A stretch of DNA of 64,000 nt from contig NC_081354.1 of the NCBI RefSeq assembly GCF_030684315.1, positions 148,262,730 to 148,326,729 of the forward strand, written 5' to 3'. Made by a program: the position numbers and the translations under genes. Of the stretch, positions 1 through 11,713 are shown in pieces. Source of the DNA: Stegostoma tigrinum (lineage: Eukaryota). A model generated the notes under the pieces. The model was not told the origin of the DNA. It did no database searches and saw only the letters and a program-made list of their open reading frames with translations. Positions within the stretch are counted from its first letter, which is position 1. Every line of letters begins with the position of its first letter.

Positions 1-480
1 CATCTACAAAATATCTCGCAAGAACTGTGACAAACACTACATTGGACAAACAGGCAGAAAGCTAGCCACCAGGATACATGAACATCAACTAGCCACAAAA
101 CGACATGACCCACTATCACTCGTATCCTTACATACAGATGAGGAAGGACACCACTTTGATTGGGACAACACATCCATCCTAGGATTTGCCAAACAGAGAC
201 ACGCACGAGAATTCCTAGAAGCATGGCATTCCAACCGGAACTCCATTAACCAAACACATTGATTTGGAGCCAATCTACCGTCCCCTGAGAAAAAGAACAG
301 GAAATGACATCACCAACGCAGGAAATGACATCAGCAACCCAAGGAAACCTAAACAGATAAATAGAAAGCATGACATAACACCAGCGCTTCGTCAGAGGCT
401 CACTGATGATGTCACCTAGAATGGTGATGAAATGTCTGAAAACTAACCTTCCAGCTCAGCGAGCAAACTCACATCCAGAA
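1..480 (+). mobile_element. Penelope-like element 3' part: GIY-YIG endonuclease plus 3' terminal region (runs off window start)
   Basis: Frame from nt 2 reads IYKISRKNCDKHYIGQTGRKLATRIHEH...HHFDWDNTSIL...REFLEAWHS, a PLE-type GIY-YIG domain. It is followed by a 21-bp tandem duplication (298-339) and a hammerhead motif. Confidence 0.9.
400..439 (+). ncRNA. Minimal type I hammerhead ribozyme motif (slightly decayed)
   Basis: TCA-CTGATGA-T-GTCACC-TAGAAT-GGTGAT-GAAA-TG-TC-TGA: core CUGAUGA/GAAA/UC, 6-bp stem II, 3-bp stem I. The TG positions look like CpG decay of CG. Confidence 0.7.
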
Positions 481-2224
481 TAATTTATATTTTCTCTCTT
501 CATCTACTGAGAAGCCTGTTGCATATTTTCAGCCCATTTTTACTTTAGATTTCCACCGTTTGTAGGGTTTAAGTCTTTTTCCGTACTATACTGTCATTTA
601 AAGAGTTAGAATCAAGTTAGTTCCCAATGAGAAGTAAATCTGTGCTGCTGGCTTTAGAAAAAAGTGGTTGGAAAAGGTAAGTAGAATAGACTACTACAAA
701 CAAGATAGAAATTAAGGTTATTTCTAACATTGAAAATAAATAAGCAATTGTTTGGAGTGAGGTAAAGTAGACTATTCACAAGCAGTCTAGGATTATGTGA
801 TTACTGATGTGCGTATGTTTCTGCAAAGGTAGGAGACTGCAGTGGTGTCTCATGGGAAGTGCAAAGGGGGATGATTTGTACCATCTGAAAGTCACATAAC
901 ATTTGATGGCAGTAAGTTGTGTAAAATTACTTGTACCGTTACAGCAGTTGTCCTTCAGTACTTGACTGAAGTGTTAATCTACATTGCTTACTTAAGACCC
1001 AGGGTGAGGTTTGAAGTCGTGATATTTTTCATCCAGCAGTGAAATACAACCACTGAGATGAGCTGACATGCAAGTCAGGCGAACCCTTTAGACAATATAC
1101 TTCAATGACTTACATTTCTGTAGCATTCCTTGTTGCAAGGCCCTTTAAAGAACAAGAATAGAAAACAGCATTAGGAATAAGCAAAAAGAAAAATAAGAGA
1201 AATGAAGGCGCAAACAGTTAAACAGAAAAAGAGTCTTTTTGAATAGGAAAAGATATGTGCCAAAGGAAAAATGCTCCAGAGGGCAAAATATTCTAAAGCA
1301 GTGCAAACACGCTGATGGATTTATTTCAAGCTTAAAAAAAAATCACTATCTTCCTTTTGACTTGAGGGTTCCTGGCCAGCTTGAGGGGGAAAAAAAAACT
1401 GCTTTTTTCTAAAACTGAAGCAATAACTACTGCATAGTTGTTGGTACAGCAGAAAGTTACTTGATGATGGAAGTTGCTGCGAGCCCATTAATTATAGAGT
1501 TGGTAGCTCGACCTTTTTTTTAATAATTAGTTTTCTTGATGTCATCATTTCCTCTGACTTTAAATGGGACTCTTACTGTCTAAACTGTCACCAGAAAGAA
1601 TTTCCTTTTCTCTCAAAACTTGTTGAAGCAGCATTCAGTTGAAAACCCCCATCCTAGTAATGCTGTTCTAGCACTGCTGTGGCACTCCTGGAATGGATAC
1701 CAGAAAATGTTTGTCATTAGTTAGATGATTCCCACTTGCCTTTCTCGCCTACAAATGTTCTTTACCATGGATAGGAACAGGACGAGAGAACGTAATAAAA
1801 AAAATGACATTTTAACTGAATCTGAGCATTTTACTAAACTATCTTTGTTATCTGATAAATTTACACTTCAAACATACAAAGTTTCAACCTTGACAGGTAT
1901 TGCCCAAAGCAAGCAAATTAAATTACAGACACATCCAGTTACACATAAACCCAATACACTTAGGCAAATAGACTTTAAATAAATGTTAGTGATAAATGAA
2001 TGGAAAATGAAATAGGATCTCATTGTCTACCTGAACTTTCACATTCACTTCTGTTGGCTGAAAAATTTTGTTTGTGTTTCCTTAGTAAATTAATAGCTTT
2101 TTGTCTCTATAAGTCATGTTACCATGACTTGAATTCAGAACAAGAATAAAGTTCTGCATGAAGTCTGGCTTGTGCTGTTTTGAGTCTATCAAATCCAGTT
2201 ATTTAAAAGTGATAACAGTATGAA

Positions 2225-2515
2225 ATAAGACCATAAGACATAGGAGTGGAAGTAAGGCCATTCGGCCCATCAAATCCACTCCAACATTTAAATCATGGCT
2301 GATGGCCATCTCAACACCACTTCCCTGCAGTCTCCCCGTAGCCCTTGATTCCTTTTGAGATCAAGAATTTGTCGATCTCTGCCTTGAAGGCATCCAACGT
2401 CCCGGCCTCCACTGCACTCTGTGGCAATGAATTCCACAAGCCCACCACTCTCTGGCTGAAGAAATATCGTCTGATTTCAGTTTTAAATTTACCCCCTCTA
2501 ATTTTAAGGCTGTGT
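2225..2515 (-). mobile_element. CR1-clade LINE 3' end
   Basis: Minus ORF HSLKIRGGKFKTEIRRYFFSQRVVGLWNSLP...IDKFLISKGIKGYG is a CR1 ORF2 C-terminus; short tandem tail (ataagacc/ataagac) at the left. Confidence 0.9.
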
Positions 2516-3284
2516 TGGTACAAATCATTTGTATTTTGGGAAATTTTCCATTGTAATTATCTAAGTACAAGAAATTGTGCAACAGGAAATTCTTTCTATT
2601 AATTCAACTTTGTACACGCAAATCTTGGATAAGGCGACAATACTAGAGAAAAATTGACTGAAAATATTAAGTCCCAAGATAATCCTGACATAAGCCAAAT
2701 TTTAACAGCACAGTTTTTGCTTTATTCAGCAACATTGATGAAGGGCCAAGGATCATAGTCCAGGGCAATACCAAAGTCAAGGTACACTTGAACATAGCTG
2801 TTTGATGACTTCAAGGTAAAGATTTAATAGATTGTAAACTGTAGGATGCTTAGTTTTGATTTAGCCAGCATTAGTGCAAAACTGGTGCATAACCTTAGAT
2901 GAGAAAGCTCAATGTTCGAATTAAAAATATGACCTTTCAAATTAGTAACACTGTATCATGAAAGACCATGTGTACATTCACATTCGCTGTGTTTTCTTTT
3001 TACTTGTGGACAATAAACATACTGAGTTAAGATTTCGTAGAATTCATACCACTAGTGACTGATGGTATTAAAGTTGTATAGGTTCAATTGGGGATCTTCA
3101 TAAATTCTATGCATTCTCTGTAAAATTAGATATCCATTGCATTAAAAATAAGATGATGAATACTCAGGAAAAATGGGAATGAGAGGAAGAAAATGTAGAG
3201 AAAGAAAAGAAAGCATGTGAGACAAATTTATAGCTGTCATTTTGTCATTACACAGAAGGATCCAAGTGGGTGCCAGATACTGTT

Positions 3285-3934
3285 AGAGATAATGGGAACT
3301 GCAGATGCTGGAGAATTCCAAGATAATAAAATGTGAGGCTGGATGAACACAACAGGCCCAGCAGCATCTCAGGAGCACAAAAGCTGACGTTTCGGGCCTA
3401 GACCCTTCATCAGAGAGGGGGATGGGGAGAGGGAACTGGAATAAATAGGGAGAGAGGGGGAGGCGGACCGAAGATGGAGAGTAAAGAAGATAGGTGGGGA
3501 GGTAGGGAGGGGATAGGTCGGTCCAGGGAAGACGGACAGGTCAAGGAGGTGGGATGAGGTTAGTAGGTAGATGGGGGTGCGGCTTGGGGTGGGAGGAAGG
3601 GATGGGTGAGAGGAAGAACCGGTTACGGAGGCAGAGACATGTTGGACTGGTTTTGGGATGCAGTGGGTGTGGGGGAAGAGCTGGGCTGGTTGTGTGGTGC
3701 AGTGGGGGGAGGGGACGAACTGGGCTGGTTTAGGGATGCAGTAGGGGGAAGGGGAGATTTTGAAACTGGTGAAGTCCACATTGATACCATTAGGCTGCAG
3801 GGTTCCCAGGCGGAATATGAGTTGCTGTTCCTGCAACCTTCGGGTGGCATCATTGTGGCAGTGCAGGAGGCCCATGATGGACATGTCCATCTGCTTGGCC
3901 TGCTGTGTTCATCCAGCCTCACATTTTATTATTA
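3285..3934 (-). mobile_element. PLE 'family A' 5'-truncated copy with short inverted terminal arm and 14-bp TSD
   Basis: Minus strand encodes DMSIMGLLHCHNDATRRLQEQQLIFRLGTLQPNGINVDF (end of PLE GIY-YIG ORF). 3891-3932 is an inverted copy of the terminus. TGCCAGATACTGTT flanks it at 3271-3284 and 3935-3948. Confidence 0.85.
3386..3413 (-). ncRNA. Minimal hammerhead ribozyme motif (family A, intact core)
   Basis: Reverse complement CTGATGA-A-GGG-TCTAGG-CCC-GAAA-CG-TC. Confidence 0.75.
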
Positions 3935-4054
3935 TGCCAGATACTGTTGCCTGGTTGCATCAACATTAAAATGGGAAAGACAGAATTCTTTAAATCAGAT
4001 GATGGAAGTTAAAAGTTGACCTACTTTTGCCACTATCAAAGCAGCAGATACATG

Positions 4055-4295
4055 GGACAGCCACCATTTGCAAGTTTATTTCCAAGCCACTTACCATTCT
4101 GACTTGGAAATATATTGCTGTCCCCTCAGTGTTTTGGTTCAAAATCCTGGAATTCCCTTCTTAATGATGTTGTGGTCTTCATCAAATGAACTGCAGGGGG
4201 CAAGCAGCATCTTATCACCTTCCTGTCAAGGGCATTTAGGAATGAGCAATAAAATCCTGACCCAGTCAGCAATGTCCACGTCCCATGAGTGAATA
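4055..4295 (+). mobile_element. L2/Crack-like LINE 3' end (old)
   Basis: Degenerate HHLQV..QATYHSDLEIY...SKSWNSL peptide and aataaa...cccatgagtgaata tail; the same family recurs at 18330, 18935, 22620, 35622 and 51792. Confidence 0.65.
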
Positions 4296-6436
4296 GAATG
4301 TGAATGTGCTACTGGGTGCTAGGATGAACAGTTTAAAAAGTTTGTCTCCATTTAATATAAAAACTAAGGGAACTTGGGAAGTGAAGCTTAAGGCTGGGAA
4401 GGTTGAAGGGATCACCCCATGCCTTTCAAGGAATGCAGGAAAGGGCCTCCCATTCTCCCCTGGATCTCCTGACACTTAACAGAGACAGCGTCACCTCAGG
4501 ACTCCAGTTTGAATATGTTAATCAAATCTGCCACTTATCCAAGTTAGCGACACTCGAAGCTGGATAAAACAGACAGCAGGCATGAATTCAGTGTGTTGGG
4601 GATGCATTTCTTGCAGTTAATTCTTTAATCAATACCAACTGTAACTGCATGAAACATCTCTTTTTCTTTCCTCATTTTGTTTACATGTGGTTTGTTATAT
4701 AAATCCTCCAGATGGTCATAAACCCATTCGTTACAGCAGTGGTCCTGTCCTGACATTAGAACATAAAAGTTGTACTGCTCGTGAGTCTTTGTAAACCACA
4801 ATGTTCTCTTTCTTTTCTCCCCAACAGCAAATATTTAGTTTTAAAAGACTCTGTTTCTTCAAGATATTGATGTGGTTGGATTCTGTGTTTTGTTTTCAGT
4901 TTAACAATGCTGCATGCTGATTATACAATAGGTACAGGAGGCAAATAATGATGTGTACTATTACAGTTTACGAGAGTTTTCCACTTAAGTGGCTTTCCAG
5001 AAGCTTCTGAGTTCATTTTTGTTAGCTTATAGACTCAGGAATGTCTGTTATTACTTTGATGCAAAGAGTCGTGAAATGAGTTGTGCATGTTCTTGATAAA
5101 AGCTGAGCATAAAATATCACAACGAACTATGAAATCACAGGGTCTGAAATTCTTGGCAGGTTGTTGCAACATCAGAGATTTCTCATGCAGGACTTCTGCC
5201 AGTCATGATAACTTGACAGCGAAGCCAGCATCAGTTGAGGGCTCAGACACGTAATGAAAGGTTCTGCACATCTTGGAAATCCAGACTGCTGTGCTTGAGG
5301 AAAACAAGGGAGGATTGGGATGGGGGTGACAAATGTTTTGTATTGCTAGAATGATATCTCAGCTATTTATTACAGGGAGCAATGCAGTGAGACTTCTACT
5401 TCTGTCTTGGGAGGGAGCCTTGCCTTAGAGGGCTGCCTGCTGGTCAGATGGCAGCAGTTCTGTCGTCTCAGCAGAGCTCACTGGTTGTCCCGTAACACCA
5501 AGGAGCCCAGGTTAAGTGTACAATCGGGAGTTTCAGCGAGGAGTTGAGAGGGGTGGTTGTCTTCAAGAGAACCCAGGGGGAAATTAGAAGAGAGGTTGAG
5601 CTTGGCCAGCGGGTTGCAGGGAAGGGATGATTCTGATTGACCCAGGGGACCTGTAAAGGATGATCCAGCCCCTTGCTGACACCAGTCTATCCTGTATGGC
5701 TATGAGAATGCTGGTAAAGTACTGTTGAAAGATGGAGTGAGATTTTCAAGTTGCCTTCATTGGTCCCGTAAGGTCCAAGGTGGGTGCACTTGCTCTGCAC
5801 GCTGTCCCCACCTCACCCCCTCCCGACATTTCCAGTAAAATATCAGAAAGTCAGAGTCAGGTGGGTAGGTGATGTGAACCTTCGATTAATAGCGGTGGTA
5901 GCTCTATATAAAGCTGCTTGCTGTTTAAAGGAATCTGTGCTGCTTAATATGGAATTAGCAATTCTAAGTGGATACTGATGATCTTATACAGGATGGCAGA
6001 AGAGAACCAAAGGAAGAGCAGATCATTGCCAGGAGCCCAGCCTGGATGATCTCTTAGTGGTGATTGGGAGCCAGCAGCATGGAATGTTTGGAGTCAGAAT
6101 TTCAGAGAGCCAATGCACCATGTACCTTGTACAGGATGGTGGCTCTCCTTGTGAACACATTCTTGTGTTCTAGCTGTTTTATTAATTTACTAGGGCAGCC
6201 TTTTTCTCCACACAAAATAATCTGTCTCTTATTTGTTTGTAAAGTTTATTTGTTCAGTTCTCTGGTATCTCAGTTTAAAAGTTTCTGCTGCATGGCCATT
6301 GTACTCACATGGGCCTTCTCTGAGGATATGAGAAAAATTAAATCTCTCAGAGCTCGACAATATGTTACAGCCTGGAACAGGTGGTCGGAAAATGCTCCTA
6401 GTGCTAACCCAAAAAATCTCAGAATCAGAGAACCGT

Positions 6437-6745
6437 GGCCTCACGGCCCTGGGGACTCTGGTTCGAATCCACCCTCGGGCCACTGTGTGGAGATTGTGTA
6501 TTCTCCCCATGCCTGTGTGGGTTTTCTCCCACAGTCCAAAGATGTGCAGCTTAGGTGGATTGACCATTCGAAATTGCCTGTAGTGTCCAGGGATGTGCAG
6601 CCCAGGTGGATTAGCCATGGTAATGTAGGGTTACAGGAATAGGATAGAGGGTGGGTTTGGGTGAGATGGTCTTTGTAGGGTCAGTGTGGATTTAACAAGC
6701 CAAATGGCCTGCCTCCATAACATAGGGGCTCTGTGATGATCTATA
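6437..6745 (+). mobile_element. tRNA-derived HE1/V-type SINE
   Basis: B-box GGTTCGAATCC, conserved core ttctcccacagtccaaagatgtgcag..taggtggattg, CR1-like 3' tail; homologous to 7578 and 25771. Confidence 0.8.
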
Positions 6746-7483
6746 AACACACATGTTAACCCAAACTATTTCAGCATTTTCTGGCCCTGAGTGAAGAGCC
6801 ACCTTGATTCAGATTGACTCAAGAGAATCACAGCAGAGTCAAGGACCACTTGGCATTCTTGGTCAGCAGAGATAAACTTGACGAAAAAAACCCAAGAAAA
6901 GTTTAAGAAGGTACACAAAGACATTTGGGTCAGAAGCATCAGTGAAAAGAGCAATTATACATGTGCACACAATAAAGCCACTTTGTGTGATAAATTCTAG
7001 TATTTTGAGGTATGCCTGTATTTTATAGAATGTTTGTTTGGAAGTCTGCATGCAGTGGATCCTGATTTTACTGAATCATCAATTAGATCTCTCCTAGTAT
7101 CTCATTGAGGTAGTATTGTGACCTGTATATTTTGAAGATAGTCATTCTTAATTTGCTACTGTCTGCTTTGGTGTGCCCACAGCTCTTCTCTTCCTCCTGT
7201 GTCATTCTGCCTCCAACGTGGGGATGTATGGAAAAGAAACCTCTGTCATATTGTACGATACAGTAGTTTGTGAAGAAAAATCAAAAAATGACTGAAAGAA
7301 AAGTTTGCAGAATTCTTTACTAAATGGCACAGTGGTGAAGAGACTTTTCTAACCAATCATGTCAAAGCTGATATTTATGACAGAACTTGGGGACATCAAA
7401 AAGCCTTTAAATTCAACTACTTTCTGAAAAGATGATTTACAGCTATTTTCTATAGATTGAAGTTGGCATTAATTAGATATAAA

Positions 7484-9110
7484 TGGTGGAGTCATGTAAC
7501 ACCAGGTTATAGTCCAGGTTTATTTGAAATCACAAGCTTTTGGAACGCTGCTCCTTTATCAGTTAAAATGAAGCCAAGCACGGTACTCAGTGGTTAGCAC
7601 TGCAGCCTCACAGCACCAAGGACCCAGGTTCGATTCCAGCCTCGGGTGTCTGTCTGTGTGGAGTTTGCACATTCTCCCCGTGCCTGCTTAGGTGTCCTCT
7701 GGGTGCTCTGGTTTCCTCCCACAGTCCAAAGATGTGCAGGCTAGGTGAATTGGCCATGCTAAATTGCCTGTAGTGTTCAGGGGTGTGTGGGTTATAGGGG
7801 AATGAGTCTGGATCTGGGTCTGGGTGGGATGTTTCAAGGGGTAGTGTGGACTTGTCGGGCCGAAGGACCTGTTTCCACACTGCAGGGAATCTAATCTGAC
7901 AGGCATGGAATTTATAATCAGGGAGATCAAAAGATCATACAGATGATTTGAGTGGAGTATCAACAGGTCTATTGACAATTCTCTGCAGGTGATCAAAAGT
8001 GTCAGACAGTGTGAGTAAAATGTCAACAGCTGAAAAGCAAGTGAAGGGATGACCTATAATCCAAATAATTGAGGCAAATAGATAATTACACAATATTAAA
8101 AATAAGGCTATGCTGGAGACAAACCAGATAACTAGAATAACATGATAGGTATAAGAGGCACATGCCGAAGGTCTAACAAAAGTAACAAATAATCTAAAAC
8201 TTTACAAACTAATTAAAGTAGAAAGACCATAAGAAGTTATTAAGAGGATAGTGGCAAAACAGGGCAGGAAGGAGGATTTTACAGATACAGAACAGTATGG
8301 TGGGATCACATCTAGCACGACATGAACCCAAGATCACAGTTGATGCCGTTTTCATGGATACAGAATTGGCTATCAGTTTCTGCTTAGTGACTCTGCATTG
8401 CTGTGTATCTCAAAGGCCACCTTGGAAGACACTTACCCGAAGATTGGAAGCTGAATGTCCTTGACCGCTGAAATGTTCCCCAACTGGCAGGGAGCATTCC
8501 TGCCTGGCAATTGTTGCACAGCATCTATCCATTGTCATGGCATCTGCATGGTCTCGCCAATATACCATGCCTTGGGGCATCCTTGCTTGCACAATTTGAG
8601 GTCGACAATATTGGCCGAGTCACATGAGTATCTGCTGTAAATGTGTGTAGTGTTCCCATATGTGATGGTAATGTCCATGTTGCTTATCTGGCAAGTCTTG
8701 CAGAGGTTGCCGTGGCAGGGTTGTGTGGTGTTGAGGTCAATGTTGTCCTGAAGATTGGGTAGTTTGCTGCAAACTATGGTCTGTTCAAGGTTTGGTGGTT
8801 GTTTGAAGGCAAGAAGTCGAGGCGTAGGAAGGATCTTGGTGAGATGCTCATCGATATCACTGAGATGTTGAAGACTGTGAAAAACATGGTGTAGTTTCTC
8901 CATTCCAGGGAAGTACTAGACAACATAGGGTACTGTATCGTTATGTCCTATGTCTATCTACTGAGGAAGTTGTTGCGGTTTTTCACTGTGCCACATCAGA
9001 ACTGCCAGTTGATGAGTTGAGCATCACATCACGTTCTTATGAGAGAGCCTTTCAGCATCTGTAGATGCCCATCATGTTCCTCCTCATTCAAATGTCTGCA
9101 CCTTCAACAA
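7484..9110 (-). mobile_element. Neptune-type PLE, degenerate 3' half (Cys linker, GIY-YIG, 3' terminal region), interrupted by a SINE
   Basis: Minus ORFs PRLLAFKQPPNL...QPCHGNLCKTCQI...YSCDSANIV..LCKQGCPKAWYIGET and SLPVGEHFSGQGHSASNLRVSV; decayed hammerhead at ~7534-7562. Confidence 0.85.
7578..7897 (+). mobile_element. tRNA-derived HE1/V-type SINE, near full length
   Basis: A-box-like gtactcagtggttagc, B-box GGTTCGATTCC, V-domain-like core gtgtggagtttgcacattctcccc, CR1-type tail ending aatctaatct. Confidence 0.88.
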
Positions 9111-9111
9111 C

Positions 9112-9500
9112 CAGAGGGGAGATCTTATAGAAAGATATAAGATTGCAAAGGGAATAGATAAGGTGGAGGCAGGGAGGTTGTTTCCACCAGCAGGTGAAAA
9201 TAGGACTAGAGGGCATCACCTCAAAATAAAGGGAAGCAGATGTAGGACTGAGGTCAGGAGGAACTTCTTCACTCAAAGGGTTGTGAATCTATGGAATTCC
9301 CTGCCCAGTGAAGCGGTTGAAGCCACCTCGCTGAATGTTTTTAAGGCAAGGCTAGATAAATTTTTGAACAGTAATGGAATTAAGGGTTTTGGTGAGTGGG
9401 TGGGAAAGTGGAGGTGATCAGCCATGATCTTATTAAATGGCGGGACAGGCTCGAGGGGCCAGATGGCGTACTCCTGCTCCGAGTTCTTATGTTCTTATGT
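9112..9500 (+). mobile_element. CR1-clade LINE 3' end
   Basis: ORF TRGHHLKIKGSRCRTEVRRNFFTQRVVNLWNSLP; tail tcttatgttcttatg. Confidence 0.9.
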
Positions 9501-9703
9501 TCATCCAGTCAAACAGAACAGCCATGAGGATCAAACTTGCACTCCATTATGCCAATATTTTCATGCACAAGTTTGAACTGCAGAAAGCCTCCAACCAATG
9601 CCGTACACCAGATACATTGACCAAATTTTCTTCCTTTGGATTCATGGCAAGGAATCAGTGAAACAAATACACAACAATATTAACAAGTTTCATCCCACCA
9701 TCA
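9501..9703 (+). mobile_element. PLE reverse-transcriptase core fragment (inverted relative to 7484-9110)
   Basis: Reads IQSNRTAMRIKLALHYANIFMHKFE ... YTRYIDQIFFLWIHG...INKFHPTI, decayed GTAMG/YIDD motifs of PLE RT. Confidence 0.8.
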
Positions 9704-9705
9704 GC

Positions 9706-10035
9706 CGACGATGCTCCAGGGAAAATAGCCCCATCCTATTCAGCCTCTCCCTGTAGCTAAACCCTCCAACACTGGCAACATCCTTGTAAATCTTTTCTGA
9801 ATTCTTTCAAGTTTTACAACATCCTTCTTACTTGGGGAGACCAGAATTGAATGCAGTATTCCAAAGTGGCCTAACCAATGTCCTGTACAGCTGCAGCATG
9901 ACTTCCCACCTCTTATACTCAATGCTCTGACCAATAAAGGCAAGCGCACCAAATACCTCCTTCACTATCCTGTGACTCCACTTTCAAGGAACTATGAACC
10001 TGCACCCCAAGGTCCCTGTTTGGCAACACTCCCCA
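9706..10035 (-). mobile_element. CR1 LINE ORF2 fragment
   Basis: KKDVVKLERIQKRFTRMLP on the minus strand. Confidence 0.85.
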
Positions 10036-11159
10036 GATAATGTAGACTTTAAGAATCCAATGGACACTTATTACAGCTACTTGTAATGTGCCAACATTAT
10101 ATTCACAGACACATCATTGGTGAAGCTTTTTGGATGAAAAGCTTGCCAGTCAGTTTATTAAGTTTGTAACTGGTTCTTAAATCAGCGAGCTTTCTTACTG
10201 GTGGGTTGGGAGTTAATCAGCCCTGAATTTGCCTGCCCCAAGACTTAATGAATTGGACAAATTTTAGAAAATTCACTGAGAAATTTAAAAACGTCCTTAT
10301 ATTTAAGGAACAAAAATTATAAAATTGTTGAAGCCTCATCTGGTACTTAGGAATAATCTAAACCAAAATTAAGATTGTGTGCAAATGGAAGAAACAAATT
10401 TGTGAAAGATAGACCAGGAATGCAGTATTAATGTTTTCAAAATGTCATTGAGTATGTTTTAGCAGTAGCATGCTGATATAAAATGAAAGTGTAACATGAA
10501 CAAAGCTAAATAAACCTACCCTTGACATCTGTGTAGGGGAATATTCAGTCCTGCAGTTTTCCAGCTAAAACTTTAAAAGGCACCAATTGGCTGGGCCTGA
10601 GAGCAAGAGAATTCCCTGAAGCTAGCAGCTGTCTTAATGTTATAGATTTTAAAACAGCAATTTCCTGTTCATTTTTTGTATAATTTAATCCTGTTGTAAG
10701 TAATAAAATAACTTGTACTGTTGTAGAAATTTATTTAGGTTAAAGTACATCAGCAAGCTACAACTGACCTGAATTTAATATATAAACGCATCTAATGCTC
10801 AACTTACATCGCATAACTTCTGCCTGAAGGATGAGATTGTGTTACACACAAAGCAACTAGTAATGTGAAGTAGTGAAATTTTTAACAAAGAATAACTAGC
10901 AATGTCTGGATGGCAGTGTGCAGGATACAGAATAATGTCTGGATGGGTGTGTCATAAATATTCTATAACATTTGCTTTCTATAGTCAAAAATACAGAAGA
11001 ACGTGTACTTGTAAATTTGGTGATGAATGTACTCTGGACAGCAGGACGAGAAAGACTGAAGAGGTGTTCTCTCACACTGTGTTTGATTTGAAGTTAAACT
11101 GTACCCAGATATACTTGGTTTTTGCCAGTGTTCTCTTGTGTAATTCGAGATCTATTTCA

Positions 11160-11713
11160 TCTCCCGCTCCTGTTCCTTAGACGACATATCCATCCTGGGC
11201 CTCCTGCAGTGCCATAATGATGCTACCCGTAGATTGCAGGAACAGCAACTCATATTCCGCTTGGGAACCCTGCAGCCCAATAGTATCAATGTGGATTTCA
11301 CAAGCTTCAAAATCTCCCCTCCCCACCACTGCATCTCAAAATGAGCCAAGCTCATCCCTGCCTCCCTAACCTGTTCTTCCTCTCACCTATCCCCTCCTCA
11401 CACCTCAAGCCGCACCTCCATTTCCTACCTACTAACCTCATCCCGCCCCCTTGACTTGACTGACCTATCCCCTCCCTACCTCCCCACCCATATTCTCCTC
11501 TCCACCTATCTTCTTCTCTATCCATCTTCGGTCCGCCTCCCCCTTTCTCCCTATTTATTTCAGAATCCTCTCCCCATCCCCCTCTCTGATGAAGGGTCTA
11601 GGCTCGAAACGTCAGCTTTTGTGCTCCTGAGATGCTGCTTGGCCTGCTGTGTTCATCCAGCTCCACACTTTGCTATCTCGGATTCTCCAGCATCTGCAGT
11701 TCCCATTATCTCT
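11160..11713 (+). mobile_element. PLE family A truncated copy
   Basis: Same GIY-YIG C-terminus, pyrimidine-rich UTR, hammerhead and long terminus ...gcagttcccattatctctg as the 3285 copy. Confidence 0.85.
11586..11613 (+). ncRNA. Minimal hammerhead ribozyme motif (family A)
   Basis: CTGATGA-A-GGG-TCTAGG-CTC-GAAA-CG-TC; a G-U wobble preserves stem II. Confidence 0.7.

Noticed and set aside
3640-3750. ~39-bp repeats as a CRISPR array
   Set aside because: The units are directly tandem without unique spacers, internal to a PLE, in eukaryotic DNA with no cas genes.
3369-4019. Recurring ORFs such as MKLVKSTLIPLGCRVP..., MDWFWDAVG... and the Pro/Ser-rich 173-aa ORF as a novel multicopy protein family
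   Set aside because: They are antisense or alternative frames and read-through of the PLE family A repeat; only the DMSIMGLL...GINVDF part is real (PLE endonuclease end).
6064-6642. 192-aa ORF
   Set aside because: It runs from low-information unique sequence into a SINE; no recognisable domain or splice context.
7578-7650. tRNA gene (also 6437, 25771, 46075)
   Set aside because: A/B boxes are followed by SINE core and LINE-derived tail; no convincing cloverleaf.
10901-10946. 13-bp direct repeat aatgtctggatgg; also a 24-bp near-palindrome at 16389-16412
   Set aside because: Isolated short local duplication or palindrome with no associated element or pattern.
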